Shown: positions 26,801 to 40,690, counted from the first letter of the whole stretch. The stretch is 63,763 nt of DNA, filler included, from Choristocarpus tenellus KU-1152 (GCA_964200185.2; 10 parts of 10 records of this genome joined end to end with filler, not necessarily neighbours in it); one strand, 5' to 3'. A program made the numbers and translations. The notes: generated by a model from the sequence alone, not told the origin.

Positions 26801-29800
26801 ACCATTTGTAACTTTTACTGCGTTGGCTCGGGCCAGTTGCAACTTGCCTGTCGGGTACCACTGGATGGATTTCTGGGGAGACCACCAATACGTGGTTATC
26901 CCTTTGACCACCAGACGAAACCTTTGGTTGCAGTCCCCACCCTGGAAGTGCTGGTACTTCTCAAGGTGTTCATGCTTATTGACGGGTGCAGTTGTGGAGA
27001 CAATGTTGTTTCCAAATACGGTTTTCTGATATGAATTATGGGCCTTACGTACGCATTATTAATGGGATCGTACCCTTGAGTACCACCCAAATTGAGAATA
27101 TTAGGATTGAGGGTTAGGGGTGGAGTAGGTTGCCGTTCTAAGGCATACCATTTTCTCAATTTGAACATAGGCTGTTCTATTGGTGTTCTGTTTTCGCCCC
27201 ATGTCCCATATCACTCCATCCTCGCGTCTCTCACTTTTAATAATCAGGACATGTTTTGACTGTTGTAATATTCCTAAATCTATATTCCAGTGAGTATTCG
27301 TCCTTGTACCCCCAAATATGACTTAGTTCTTCAACTGTGGCTGATCCTCTTTGACAGACCCCCCAAATGAAAGGCATGCTATATAGTGGTGGGTAAAAAA
27401 CATTTCCACTTCATGTACTTGTGATAGTATAGTCCGAAAAAAATGCACGCTCTAACCCCTGGCTCCCCCGTTCCTCCTCTGTCATGTCTTGCAGGACAGC
27501 TGAAGCAGCTGCATTTTCGACCACCTGTCAGGGGAGCATACAATGTAGGAAGAGTCCGCCGAATGTTAGAGTATGAATGTATTTGCAATATTTTGCGTTT
27601 GTGTTGTCGCCAATACCTGTTCTAGGCCCTCCCAGACTGCTGTCTGTGTCCTGCATAGCAGGTGGACCTGTTACACTTATGTGTTGTGTATACACGTTCA
27701 CCAGAGAGTACTTTGCATTATCCTTGATGTTCACGTCCCTTGTTCTGCTACCTGAAGTAGGTGCCTAGACCATGTGGGAGTTGCTACTATTTTCTGGTAT
27801 GTGTGTTTTGGACCGTCATTGGGAAATTCGTTTTACTCTGCATTTGGTTAAGTTTTTGGCCGAGAGGCAACAAACGCTTTGACTGTACAAATATTGATGC
27901 GAATGCAATATGCTGCACGATTTGCTCCCCATGTGGTGTGAGTTCCAACACAGTAGAACAAGTGAGTTAACATAGCAACAAATATTGTTATGATGTGTAT
28001 GTGCCGTCATGTATCCTCCAGTGGGCACGGTCTCTGATGTTTACAATGCTGGAACACCGAAGTGTATTCCACCTGAATCTAGATGAGCCAGGAGACGTGG
28101 CACCCACGGCGCACCAGCCTCTAGGTTCTATGTTGTCGTTCCGTGCAGAGTTATACAACAGGTGTGCGGATTTGTTTGATTGTTGTGGAAAGGGAGGGTT
28201 TGACATTGTAAATATGAGTGGAAGTATCTTAGAGGTTACAAGTTATTATCTGTTAGTCCATTTGGGACTTGGCTTCCCACGGGTTTTCATTGGAATTTTA
28301 ACTACTCCAAAACATTTCGGAGTAGGTAAAATGTATACATTATGAAAAGGTGTGTCTGGAACAAGGATATTGGCATCTCCTAACAAACACGATGGCCAAA
28401 ATTTCATCAAAATTGCAAAATTGGATTTTTTGGCCCCCATATGGACGAGGCTCTACCCTCTAAGATACTTTGACTCATTTGTTGAGAGATACCACGTCAT
28501 TGATTCCATTTGCGGGTGGTGCAAGTGCAGCTGTGATGATTGTGGTCAATGTTGTAGGGCAAAGGTTCTTCGTTAAACCCAATATGGTATTCAAAGATCC
28601 ATGGTTACTTTATTGCATATGTTTTACTCTAACTTTAACTAGGCAGGTTTGCAGTATCACTTAGGCAACACCCATGATGTTGCTCTGTGGGCAACTTGGC
28701 AATATGTTACACCTTCTGGTACCCCTGTAGCTATGTAACACAGCAGGAGATGATATACACAGGACGACTTCTTGAAAGAGGTCAACATTGCTTTCAGCTG
28801 CATCTCACCAAGATTGTGCAATGACAACACCTCTAACATGTGTAACGTTGGTCTTGGTTGGACAAGGTTATGTACGAAATCAGAACAGCAATTAAAACAG
28901 CATACTATAAATCCCATGCTGTGCGGTTAATGTCAAAGGCTCGACTCTACCTGAACCTTGGGCCTCATTTACTCACCTTGCAGGTTCGTCGAACACTACG
29001 CAATGCTTACTTTTCATTCGGTGGAGAAGGCACTAACAGTGGATCTTGTCAGCACACTGCATGCAATGACTGACCAGGATAATGAGGACCTGTTCTGCTC
29101 TAACATGGTTACTAAGGAGCTACAACAGGTGTGTGTATGCCTGCTTGTATGACGGCAATTGAATTGGTTTGTAATGTCTCCTGGTAGCCGCACTTGTTCT
29201 GACCGGTCAATAACGTTGGATGGGTGCTGACCTCGGTTGGTCCTACTTTGTATATTCGATTAGGTTTATAAGTAAAACTCCAGGTTGGTTCATCTTTTAG
29301 CTTGTTTAATGACAAAGTTGGAATAGAGCCAAAGTAACCGAGAGATACTCAGGTTTTGGGCGTTTTGCATTTTGAGCCAATTTTTTCATCTTTTGCAATT
29401 CACCCTGGGTTTTTTTTATGAAGTGCGAAGAGTGACTTGAGAGCATTGATATCTCCATAGTTTGGAAAAATTTAGCCTGATTCAGAAATGCTCCTATCTG
29501 CATGTGTACAATAAAAAAATGTCAATTTATTGGTATCCTTAGAATGCAGCTCTAAGTACTCTCGTTTACTTTGCCTCATATCACAGATGCTATGAGCATT
29601 TTTGTGAGGATGCTACGATGGTGTAAATATTATTCCTAATATGTAGGGATCAAGACAACATGTTGTTGGAGATTGCAATGGCGTGAGTAGAACAATGATC
29701 CATAGAAGCACAGAATATCAGGCCAGTGAGAGCCCACAATGCCGGCTCTAACTGTGTCCCCATGCCATGTAGACACTGCGAATGTGCAGTTGGTCCTGAG

Positions 29801-32098
29801 TGGGAAGAGAGAGGTAGCAATAAGTATCAATCTTGTGGGGCATTTGTGATTGCTATGTAGGCTAAGTTGGGCGGCATGATTGCCAGCCATGAGAAAGTTG
29901 AGGTGGACTCCCTACCTTGTTGCTATTGACCAACTACTGTATTGTGGTATTGGCAGGCATTTGATCTAGACAAGCTGCGAGATTTAGCACTGGAGCTTCC
30001 AAAAGAGGCGGGGAAGGACTATGCTGTAGTCATCAATAGCAGCATTTCTGCCATTACTCGACTCTATGATGTGAGTTCCTCATGCACGCCAAATGCCCTG
30101 AAAACAATGCAGGTCTAGAGATAGCTTGTCCAAGTATTCCTTGCTAAGAACTCAAAACAACGAAAATTCAATATAATGTTGTCGCCAAAGGTTTGGATGG
30201 TTATTTCTTACACACTTTGCGTGAGAATTTCAGTCCACAAAATATTTTTTTGGCATTCCTGATAAAGTTCCAACATTTTTGTATATTGTGGTAAGTTATA
30301 GGTCAGTCCATTAATGCCCAAACCAAGAACCAAGGCTATCATTATGGAAAACAGATGAGTTTGGTTTGCTAGGAATCCACATGTCCAGTCAACGAATCAA
30401 AATGAAATACAAGGTACAGCGGTAGTCGTGGCCAGAAAAGGCTGTAGGGTTGACTACAGAACTCAGGGTGTGTGAGCCATATGGGGTGTATCGTTGACAC
30501 CACTGCTGTGGGATAACCTCGCCTCGTCAAGCTTTCAAACCCTTGCTACAATGCAGTCAATGGATAGGAAACCCTTACAAGTACGTCTAAATAGACAGGG
30601 GGGGGGATACTTGGTTTTTGCAGTAGCAGCTGAATACTACTATACACGAATCTACTGACTCCTTTGTTAGTTGATTACTATCAACCATCTCATTTCCCTC
30701 TTATGTACACTTATCACAAATGCATGCCTGTCTAAGTGTGACTGCAGCAATATTGATCCACCCTTGTATGATCTGCATATTCCCCAGTTAGTTGCAGTGA
30801 TTCCTGATGTAGGTTCAGTTGTTGAGTTGTGCTGCTTTTGAAACAACGCAATTCTGGGATGATCGGTGTCTGTTCACTTTTGCCTTAACTTGCATAATCA
30901 ACCACAGTGTCTTGATCTCCTTATCCTGCTCCCACCTTGCCCACCGCCTGACATTCCAACGTCTTCATGCCCACATCTTTCCTTCGATTGCTGAGCCTAG
31001 CCCAATTGCAGGCTCAAAATATCTGGGGCGGGGGTGGCGACTGTACATTTGGGATCAAATTTTTCATGTCGCAATTTTTGGGTAATTTGGTTACATACTT
31101 CGGATGGATAATGTAGAGCACTTTTCCAGATTTTGACCCAAATGGACACCCTGGTGTAGACCCCCCCCTCCCCCCAGATACTTTGGGTCGCACTGCACAT
31201 CAATCAATCCTCTCTACGTGACACTAGACCCTTTCATACCTCATGGATCCCTACCCGGTTGGTTCATAGAGCCCCCCACATATTTTTATTGGGTCAATAT
31301 GACAAAGTCTACCAACTGGAGATACCTGGATTCCAGAAGAAATATGTATCACGGTAGACCTACAAATTAAGTTAGATGCCCACATAATTGCACTACCTTG
31401 ATTCAGAGCGTCTAGAATATTTTCGTATATTGTGACCAAGGCCTGCTTCTTTATAGTTGGTACCTTATGTACTCCAAACAGTATAGCATAGTATGGTATA
31501 ATATAGCGTACTACATAGTTAGATTGCTATTTTCTACTAGTAGATAGTCTCTCAGAAAAGAGTATGTGTTTTTCTTGTACACCAAACAACAGGTTACTAA
31601 AGGTACAAGATTTTGGGAGTTCTGACCGTATCTAAGCCAATACAATATAGCAGCACTGACAGTGGTAATTGACTTCATGCATGCGCACCCCAAACTTGTT
31701 ACTCTATCTTTTCCGTGGTTTGATATCACGGTAGATTCTAGTCGATACTTATTATTCAGCATTTGTGTATTTCACACAATATTGCTCCTAACCCACGACC
31801 CTTCAATTTAAGGACAACAGTTCCAATATCATGCGAGCCCTAACCCTTAATGAGCTTTTTTCTGTTACATCAAACTCTTCCCATTCAACCTGACCAGGAG
31901 CTTGTGGAGGCAGCCATCTTAACAATGGAGCGTGTAGAGTCTGCTAAGAAGATATCGGGTAGCCACATTGTGCGGAGAGATGAAGTTGACGAAGCACTGT
32001 ATCTCATGCTTCCCTTTTTGCCTTACGCGGTCAGAGCCTTTGAGAAAGTGTTCCAGCACCTGACCAACACATTTGAATCATGCCATCCATCTGATTAA
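23871..32098 (+). CDS. CPR/NOS-type reductase NAD(P)-binding domain fused to a cytochrome b5 domain and an uncharacterised C-terminal region; 3' part of gene
   Basis: Phase-consistent exons 23871-24211, 24984-25215, 25795-25996, 26745-~26965, 28022-28161, 28984-29128, 29957-30070 and 31898-32098 (TAA). Reductase motifs VWLVWG, VAFSRE, GGHMYVCG and RLCIDLF are followed by b5 motifs SCWIVFRGGVYDITEYLTVHPGG and GRDASFAFEQAHG. Confidence 0.8.
26296..26553 (-). mobile_element. MITE family A (inverted), intronic
   Basis: GAGTGAAAGTATCTTAGAGGGTA ... TACCCTCTAAGATACTTTGGCTC, flanked by CATT/CATT. Confidence 0.92.
28216..28476 (-). mobile_element. MITE family A (inverted), intronic
   Basis: Same TIRs with a few substitutions; flanks ATAT/ATTT. 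Confidence 0.9.
29326..29577 (+). mobile_element. MITE family C (~250 bp)
   Basis: Imperfect TIR GAGCCAAAGTAACCGAGAGATACT ... AGTACTCTCGTTTACTTTGCCTC, flanked by ATA/ATA. A diverged relative lies at about 57010-57265. Confidence 0.8.
31011..31189 (+). mobile_element. MITE family B, intronic
   Basis: GGCTCAAAATATCTGGGG ... CCCCAGATACTTTGGGTC; flanks GCA/GCA. Confidence 0.9.
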
Positions 32099-35000
32099 GG
32101 CAAGGACGTGCCAATTGTAGGAGGGGATAAGCTGCAACAGAACACTTCGCATCTTAGAGTAAATCCGGTTTGTATTATTGTACATAATGCAGTTGTAAGT
32201 ATGAGCAACAATTTTTGCATCAATCTTGTATCCCTCCCTCGAAAAGATACAAAATACCAATGACCATGCTTACACACTCTCTCATCTATCTAGACTTGCC
32301 ACCCTCATTATTGTATGCATTTATTATTTTTATTTTCGCATCACAGTAATCGAAGGGGTCCGAGCGACACTCGATCAAAAAGGTACACTACAAAGAAGGC
32401 AGTACACAATGCTCAAGGAAATGAGAGTCTTTATCTATTCCTCCTGCTTGATTACTACCACTCCTATCTCCCGTGTCTCAACTTAGACACCTCCTAATAT
32501 GGTACGTATTGAGGCGCAAGTACATTACTCTTCACCTTATATAATATCCAAGGTACGCCACAAGTTGGTAAGTGTGAGAGCGAGGCTTGAGAAATCCCTC
32601 TCAGATTGACATTTTGAGCCATAAATCCTGTGATGAAGCCTAGCAAAAAATGGCAGAAGGGGCACTTGCGGAACCCATTACACCTTGCCTGCCTCATCTG
32701 ACTTTGCCATTGTCTCCCTTTCCAGTGCATCAATAGGTCAAACAATTCACCACCCAACGTCTATCCTCTCTGAGATACTGGCTGATTTCCTACCTCAGGA
32801 TCTAAGAAGCTTGGCCATTCTTGCACTCCTTACAGGTTCTCCATAGCAGCAGGGTCCTCTCACACTGCTTCAACGTCATGATTGAGCTCGAGGATGTCCT
32901 CCTCCAGTTGATCTTCTGTCACAGATCATCTCGACCATTGTGCAGAGCATCTTGTCAACCGCAGAGTCACTAAGATATTCCCACCATTGCAGCTCTTCTC
33001 TGTATTAGTTCTTGCCTGTCTTGTTCTCCACGCTATTGTCAGTATCTCTACCTCATTCAGGCCGATGAAGATGTCTGCTCCCTGGTCAACAGTCCGCCAA
33101 AATAATCACACAGTAGTACCTCCTCACGCACAACCTGCATGCAGTACAACGGATGTTCTGATCAGCAGTCGTCCCAAGAAAACGGTCACATGGTAATACC
33201 TACTCACCCACAAAGGTGTTGAAGCAGTCACTCAGAACCTGATACAGTACACAGTACATAAGAGGTACCACACACAAAAAGATCGAGATGGTGAAAAAAT
33301 CTGAAAATTCTGTCCATAAAAATGTTTTTATGAATATATATTTCTTGTCTAACTCAAGGAAAACAGAAAAAAATGGAAACAAAACAATCCCCTTCTTTGC
33401 ATTCCACGAAGGGTATCACTACTTACTACAACCAAAATAAAATGAAAAGCATACATAAAAATCGGAAATTACATGTTCAGCAGTTACTACTATGTGCTTC
33501 TCAGTTAATCATACAATTGATGATGGGACAGGACACAGAAAGATCTCCAACTAACCTTCTGAATGTATAGGTTGATGTCTGAATGACGTTGCTGCAGAGA
33601 AAAAGGGAAAGTTCCCAGGGAAAGTGTTGGAAGCTCGAAAAGTTCCCTGGACCTATATGTACAGTACCCCAGTGCAGTACTCTACTAGAGGAACACTGAT
33701 GAGTTCAACCCACTAAAATGTTCTGATATGCAAACCTTCAGCACCTTACAAGCTGATTTTGAACCTCCACATGAAGCTGGAGAAGTGTTTTATTGGATGT
33801 GTGCATAGGTGATGCGGCATAGGATGGTGAAACGTCACCCATATATGGCCTCCTCCCCTCAGCTTCACAGTGTGTAGCTGTTTCTCAGCGACAATTTGTT
33901 GGTTGAGTCGATTCCACCTATATTCAGATACGACATATTGAACACATGAACAAAGAAATTCCTAGCCCTTTACAACCTGCGGGAAAAAAGGCAGTGAAAA
34001 CGTTAGAAGAAATTGTGACCATAATATATAGGGCTTTAGTAGAGAGGACATAAACAGGAAGTGATAATTCATTGTTTAGTTACAAGATGCAAAGATTGAA
34101 ATGTTCAATCATCCACATGTTACAGTTTACAGGTGACAGACCATGGTTGTCTTTGGAGGCAGTAAACCAAAAATTCGAGATTCACCAGGTACGAAGTTGT
34201 GGATAAAATAGGAAGCAAGAAGCAAGAAATCTCTTCTTCTAAACAGAAAGTTACCTGAAACAACTCTAACCTTCGTGTTTTTGTCACTGTCAAGCGCTTG
34301 CTTTCCTTCTCATACATATCAAACTCATTCTTGTGTGTACTGCGAAGATGACGTGGAAGACCTTTTTGGGGCTGTTGGCCGTTCGTCAACCACATACACC
34401 GCAAATTTCTTCCTTCTCGCTTTCTTTTCCTTACCTCCTTCGTTCTGAGCCTTGCACCACGACCTGCCACTGTGCGTTGGGGCGTTCAGTGTTCTCTCTG
34501 ATGTTGAAGAACTGGAAGATTGGAGACGTCTCCCTATTGAGTCTCTTCCAAATCCCAGTATTATCTACTAGGACAGGTACTCCTTGACCACACACAGGTA
34601 CCTTGCACTGGGGTTAAAATATCTGGGGGGGNNNNNNNNNNNNNNNNNNNNNNNNNNNNNNNNNNNNNNNNNNNNTTAATTAATTAANNNNNNNNNNNNN
34701 NNNNNNNNNNNNNNNNNNNNNNNNNNNNNNNGGGGGGGAGGGCATCGGCATAGGTCATAGCAAGGGTTAGGGCTAGGGTTAGCTAGACTCAAGGCTTGGA
34801 TGAAACAACCTATAACCAGTACTCGAACAAAAAAAAAATGTTTCCGGTAACAGGTGTAACATTCATGTATTTGGTTGGTTGTATCTCTAGACGTGCAGGA
34901 ATGTGGTTGGTCTCAGATCAGGTTAGGAAATGCCGCAGTACTGATTTAGAACCTCAAAAATGGGCCCCGAATGGACAGCTGCCATCCCCCCTCGGATAGA

Positions 35001-35553
35001 AGACCAAACTTGAAATGTCACTCCAGACATTGTAATTCTGGTAGAGCCAACCTATACCTGCGAGACTGTTTATAAATTGTTAGTTATTGCTAATACCTGT
35101 AGGGAGTCCGGTACAATAAAAAGTTAAGTTTTAAAGAATCAAGATAAGTTCATTGCATTTACAATATCGGATTTTCGTAAGGGTACTCCAGAAACAGACC
35201 TATATAATAACCCTACTCTGTCCCGTTAAGTCTGCGCCGATAACTTGTATCTCTTCGAGATGACCTCCGACTACAAAACAGATTTTTGCGTTGGATTCCT
35301 CGGAATATTCTACATCAAATAATGATGTCTTGCCTTCACTCATCACCATCAATCCACGAGGGAGTGCATCTTCTACTGTTTCAAAAAGGTGTCTAACACA
35401 GAGAGGAGAGGAGGGGAGTTGCCCAGTTGCTGTTGGTGGCAAGGTTGAAACTCATCCAACAAAGCATATATATTGCTGTTGCCTTCTTATCACCATAGAG
35501 TAAGTAAATGGTAAGGGCGCTGTTAAAATCCTCGTGATGGTTAAGCAAACCAC

Positions 35554-35972
35554 GTTAGAACTTTCAGTAAACCCCTGTGCTACCGAGGAGATAGTCACCT
35601 GACTGCTTTCATGGTAGCACAGGGGCTTTCTACAAGTTCACTGACAATCTCCTCAGTAGCACAGGGGTTTACTAGAGGTTCTAACAACCGCTACTGTCAT
35701 GGGATTGAATCCCGGCATGGCTACATGGTTACACATCTGTCAAAAGACAACACACGCCGACAGGATACAAGACACTCTCATTTCTTTTCTTCTCAAAATT
35801 AGTCGCTGATTAGAGGGATAACAACCCTCGAGCAAAACCTTGTCAAGTCTTAACAGCTAGTGATACCTAGGATTAGCTTTTGTCAGAACTCTTAGCACAC
35901 CCCTAAGACACCGAGGAGACAGTCAGCTGACTTATCTCCTCCATAGCTCAGGGGTTTACTAAAAGTTCTAAC
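35554..35972. repeat. Inverted and direct repeat cluster (foldback-like)
   Basis: GTTAGAACTTTCAGTAAACCCCTGTGCTAC (35554-35583) is the near reverse complement of 35656-35685. Related direct copies occur at 35614-35639 and about 35910-35972. Confidence 0.75.
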
Positions 35973-36400
35973 AAGCCATTGAAGATCCAGAGATGGTTTT
36001 AATGCTGGAGATCTAGTGGTAGAAATACCTGCGTTGAATTTAGCCTAGCGAAAAGAGAGTCGGGAACAATGCCTACAGAAGCTATGGATGATCTTGATCC
36101 GCATATTGCAACTTTACTCTGCACCATATGGCACACCACTCCAACTGTACAGGAGTACCTGCACCCCTCTCGAACTCTCTACTCTTTCGCCGACTTATTA
36201 AAAACAAAAAAGAAAGGAAACAATACTAATTTCACAAATAACGCCTCGCGCTCTCTTAGAATATATTCTAATGTACCGATTTTCAACAATCGTCACGGTA
36301 GCGATTCCATGCCACGGTACGATACGGTATGGTCTTACCCTTTCATGCAAATTGAACCATACCATAACAGCAATAAATATGAAAATATTATTAAAACCAC

Positions 36401-36718
36401 GGTATGGTACGGGTGGCTCTGTGGTTCCTTGGTATGATACAGATGGTTCGGTGGTTCCTTGGTATGATACGGATGGCTCTGTGGTTCCTTGGTATGATAC
36501 AGATGGTTCGGTGGTTCCTTGGTATGATACGGATGGCTCTGTGGTTCCTTGGTATGATACAGATGGCTCTGTGGTTCCTTGGTATGATACGGATGGCTCT
36601 GTGGTTCCTTGGTATGATACAGATGGTTCTGTGGTTCCTTGGTATGATACGGATGGCTCTGTGGTTCCTTGGTATGATACACATGGTTCGGTGGTTCCTT
36701 GGTATGATACACATGGCT
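36401..36718. repeat. 30-bp minisatellite (~10.5 copies)
   Basis: GGTATGATAC(A/G)GATGG(T/C)TC(G/T)GTGGTTCCTT, head-to-tail with no spacers. Confidence 0.96.
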
Positions 36719-37633
36719 AGGTAGTTCCACGGTTTTCCACTATGCCGTCGAACCTTGTGCTGGACCCGAATTAATAAAGCCTTCACACCTTGTGTTCTTG
36801 ATCCAGAGTTTTTTTATTTTGCAATACACTGACTAAACGTGTACCACCCCCAAGGTGATTGCCACAGCAGACTTCGGACATAATCAATACCAGATTTACA
36901 CCAAAACAAATCTGGCGCCAATGGGGTTCAAACCCGCGAAATTCATCTGTGGTACAGCCACAAGGACATTAGTCTCGAAAAATCCCATCCAACAGCGGGC
37001 GAGCAACAAACAAAAAGTGTAAACATGGAACTTCTTACACAGATAGACATATCAGCAACGGTGCCAGATGCAGACAGTTCTGCATTGTGTTTGTACCCTA
37101 GGTCCTATTTCAAGATGGTACGGTACAGGTTCTCTTAGATCTTCCACAGTACGTATTCATGACATTCCCACCTTAAGAGGTACAGTACAGTTCAGAACAG
37201 CGCAGTCAGAAAACTGTCCAAATACAGCAACTGACTACCGTGGTTATCTATACTGTGACGAGCCTTGCTAGTTTTCTGCTTGGCAGTACTTTCTACCCTG
37301 AAGCGATCTTCCATTTTCTGCTCATCTTGCTTCACCCCACACCACAGCAGACTTTACACCAGCACCCCCCAAAAAACATTGGGACAGATATTGATCCCCC
37401 CGACCACACGCCCGTCTATGAAAAACAAAAAAAAGGTACAAATGTTCACAACGGGAGGAACACAGACCCCTGAGGTATACCTTGTGAAAGGAAGGCACTC
37501 AAAAGGTATACCCTGGAGTGAGGTGGGGGGGTATCACAATACCCTCAAAATATGTTGAGATGAGTTCTGTTCCAAGAGGTGACTCAGTGCACATAACCCA
37601 ATATGGTCCAACAAAGAGACACGTACCCCTCAC

Positions 37634-37869
37634 CTGGTTGTGTTCTCCTCCCGCCAACGCCGATTGACCATAAAGTCGCGCAGGAAACCTTCTCCTTCTC
37701 GATCCTTCTCATCTCCATCCCCTCCCCCCAAGGCGGCCATCTTCTCCATCTCCCTCCTGAACTCCTCCTCTTCCCTTGCCTCCTCCTCGGCGCTCTTCTT
37801 TTTCAACTGATTTCAAAAATATAAAAAGAAGAATAGGTAAAGGTTGTTTGCATTTGCATCTCCCTGGTG

Positions 37870-37904
<35 letters not shown>

Positions 37905-40690
37905 AAGGAGCACTGCCAAACCCAGAGTACATACATACAGCAGTTCTATTCATCTTTCAATTCTTACACACTTGGGAAGCATATGCCTGACTACTCATAG
38001 GAAGGTAAGGATGAAGGAAGGGTAGGGTCAACCATATTAGGGCACTGGCCATACAGCGCGATGTGGGCAGAAAGGTCGGGGGTCGGGGGGCAGATGGGAC
38101 AGGGGGGAATAGGCAAGCCTCATCAACACAGTAAAACAGTAGCAGTACATAACGATCCTAATGAAGAGGACAATCTCTCATAAAAAACCAATAAAAAAAC
38201 TGTACAGCACACCCACCTTCTGGCGACACTCGCTAAACAACCTGTTCATAAAACATAATTTCAAAACACACATAGACACACACAAAAGGCAAGAAAAAGA
38301 AAAGTGAAAAAATAAGCCCCCCCCTCCCCCAACCATTGCCCAAAGGCCATCATCCGTCATCCCTCCTTCACACAACAGACATACTAAGACCTTCAAAAGC
38401 AACCCATCTTCCTCATCGCTGCTGCCATCGCCATCACTGTTATCATCACCCCGCCTGCTGCTGGCACGTCCATCGTGGGCATCAATAGATCCAAGCAGGC
38501 TCCTGCGGATATCCTCCTGCTCCTTGTTGTAGGCCAAGCCCTTGCCTGATCCCACCTCTCCAAGCCTCTTGCCATCCCCCTCCTCCTCGTCGTCCTCCTC
38601 CTCCGAGGAGCTGATGACATCCTCTGCTGTTTCCGCAGCCACTATCTGTTCTCTGACCATATCCTTATATCTCATTTTCTTACTTTTACTGGATATTCCA
38701 GCTTGTTCCTCTTCCTCTTCCTCTTCCTCCTTCTCCTCTCCTCCTTGTTGTTAGCAACACACACACACAAATGTATATGTAACATAAAATAAGATTGGCA
38801 ACCAAATCGAAAGATAAACCTCGAGGAATTTCAGGTTCGGGTTCGGGTCAGGTACACTGTTCTCTCTGCACAGGGGTAGAGCTCTAAAAACACTGACACA
38901 ATAGCAGGATACAAGTACAGAAAAAAATACTGCTAATCCACCTACTATATATTGTACTTTGAAAGTGTTGTTAGGTTAGAGTTAAGGCTAACAAATGTAG
39001 AGTATTACTGATCTACATATACTTTGTGTGTGTGCGTGTGCATGTGACACAGTCTATTAGCTCGGCTTAGATGAACTGTTTCAAAGTATTGTATTGTTGG
39101 TGGTAGACCTGGTCAGGCGTCCTACTGCACAATAAAAAACACCCCTTGGTTCCCTGACTAATGAAGAAAATGATTGGATCTCCTATCATTAGTATATTGC
39201 TTCAAGGAGAGTAACTGATCTACCTGGTGAAGAAAGAGTCGACTCCCTGCCTAATGAAGCACAGTACAATTGAAAATAGCCAAAGTACTGTACTCAATTC
39301 ATATTGCATATAGTGCATTGAGGTCATGGTAATTATTGACAACTACTTGTATGGGCAAGTGAATGTATGTAGACAGGTAATGGTTTCGTAATGTAATTTC
39401 ATGTAACAGGCATTGCACTAACATTACAGAGCACAAGGTTGGGTCTTTAAAGCACCACTCATAGCAGGCCATGCTTTGCTAGTTTGTGTCAAAGATCAAT
39501 GACAGTTGTTGTCTCCAGCCCATGACAAATAGCACAATACATCACAATTATATTTTCGAATCGACTAAGGAGAGTGGAGGAAAAATGTATGGTTTACTGG
39601 AAAACTCGGGAGAACAAGGTGGGCAGAAAAAGGGGAAACCCATCCTTCTAAACGATTGTTTAAGGGGTCTATGCCTGGTACATGAAGGGTCAGCTATCCG
39701 AGTAGACGTGTCCATTGTGCTTAGGGATGCAGGGTCACTCCACTGCACCACACAGTACAGAGAATATGCCCTTCCCTTTCTCCCCAGCACCTGGTCGCCC
39801 GGACGATCCGAACCAATCCTTGGTGCTGTCGTATATGTCAGGGTCCTTGCTCCGGATCTTGTTGATCGTCTTCATGATCTGTGGCACCACAGGTTTATGA
39901 TTGAAAGGGGTTTGCGGACTGTGAGACAATGGAGAGGCTGGGAAATACGCGTAGAGGACATCCCTACACCAGTGACCAGGGGAGAAATATGTGCCCCAAG
40001 AGATCCTATCACAAGATGGGAATGAGAGACGCATCACATTCCATGCGCACGCCGACAAGGTTCTCGAACATCAGCAGGTGAAAAAGACAAACAATGAGAC
40101 TATTACCAATTATCAATTATGCTATCACGCTTTCAACAAGGGGAAATTCCCTTTTGAAAGGTAAATCACCTGAAGATCGAGGGCTGGAGTAAGAAGATCA
40201 GCATCCTCATCCTCGGTCTCGCTATCAGACTCCGACCCACTCGTCTGTTCATCAGAGTCCAGATCTATCCTGCTCGCTACCTGGAGTTCCTGAGCCCTCT
40301 TTTCCTTTTCAAAGCTGTGGTAAGTAGGCGTGAAGCAAAGGTAGGTCAATTGGGCACAGGAAGACGAAGTGTTGGCACAGACGAAAACAGCACTCTAACA
40401 TCGATTGGTCTCATGTTGCTCGCAACATGAGCAAGATAAAGGACTCTACTGCACTCTTCCTAACTACATGATCCACGAATATTGCAACAGGAAGGAGGAG
40501 ATGGACTCTGTGGATGACATGCGGGGCACTCGGCTGTAGTAATAGCCAAGACAAATAACCTGTACGATGATAGACTTGATCACCTCTTCGCAAATTTCTC
40601 ATTGATCCTGATGCCACCACTGGCGCCAGATTCAAGGGCATTGCTAGAGCTATCACCTCCATCACTGTCATCACCGTCAAGAAAGCTCAT
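37634..40690 (-). CDS. KRI1: KRI1 homolog (40S biogenesis), 5' part
   Basis: Phase-consistent exons 40690-40584, 40314-40170, 39878-39791, 38743-38391 and 37806-37634. Motifs IRINEKFAKSFEKEKRAQEL, ETEDEDADLLTPALDLQ|IMKTINKIRSKDPDIYD, MRYKDMVR, LAYNKEQEDIRR and FLRDFMVNRRW. Confidence 0.88.

Noticed and set aside
32494-34600. Possible further retroelement relic
   Set aside because: No unambiguous motif could be recovered by eye.
35200-35442. ORF with LFETVEDALPRGL...DVEYSEE, possibly a LINE RT remnant or a KRI1 exon
   Set aside because: It has no KRI1 motif and only a faint resemblance to the YADD region; too weak to call.
36401-36718. CRISPR-like array of 30-bp units
   Set aside because: Units are contiguous with no unique spacers, there are no cas genes, and the context is eukaryotic.
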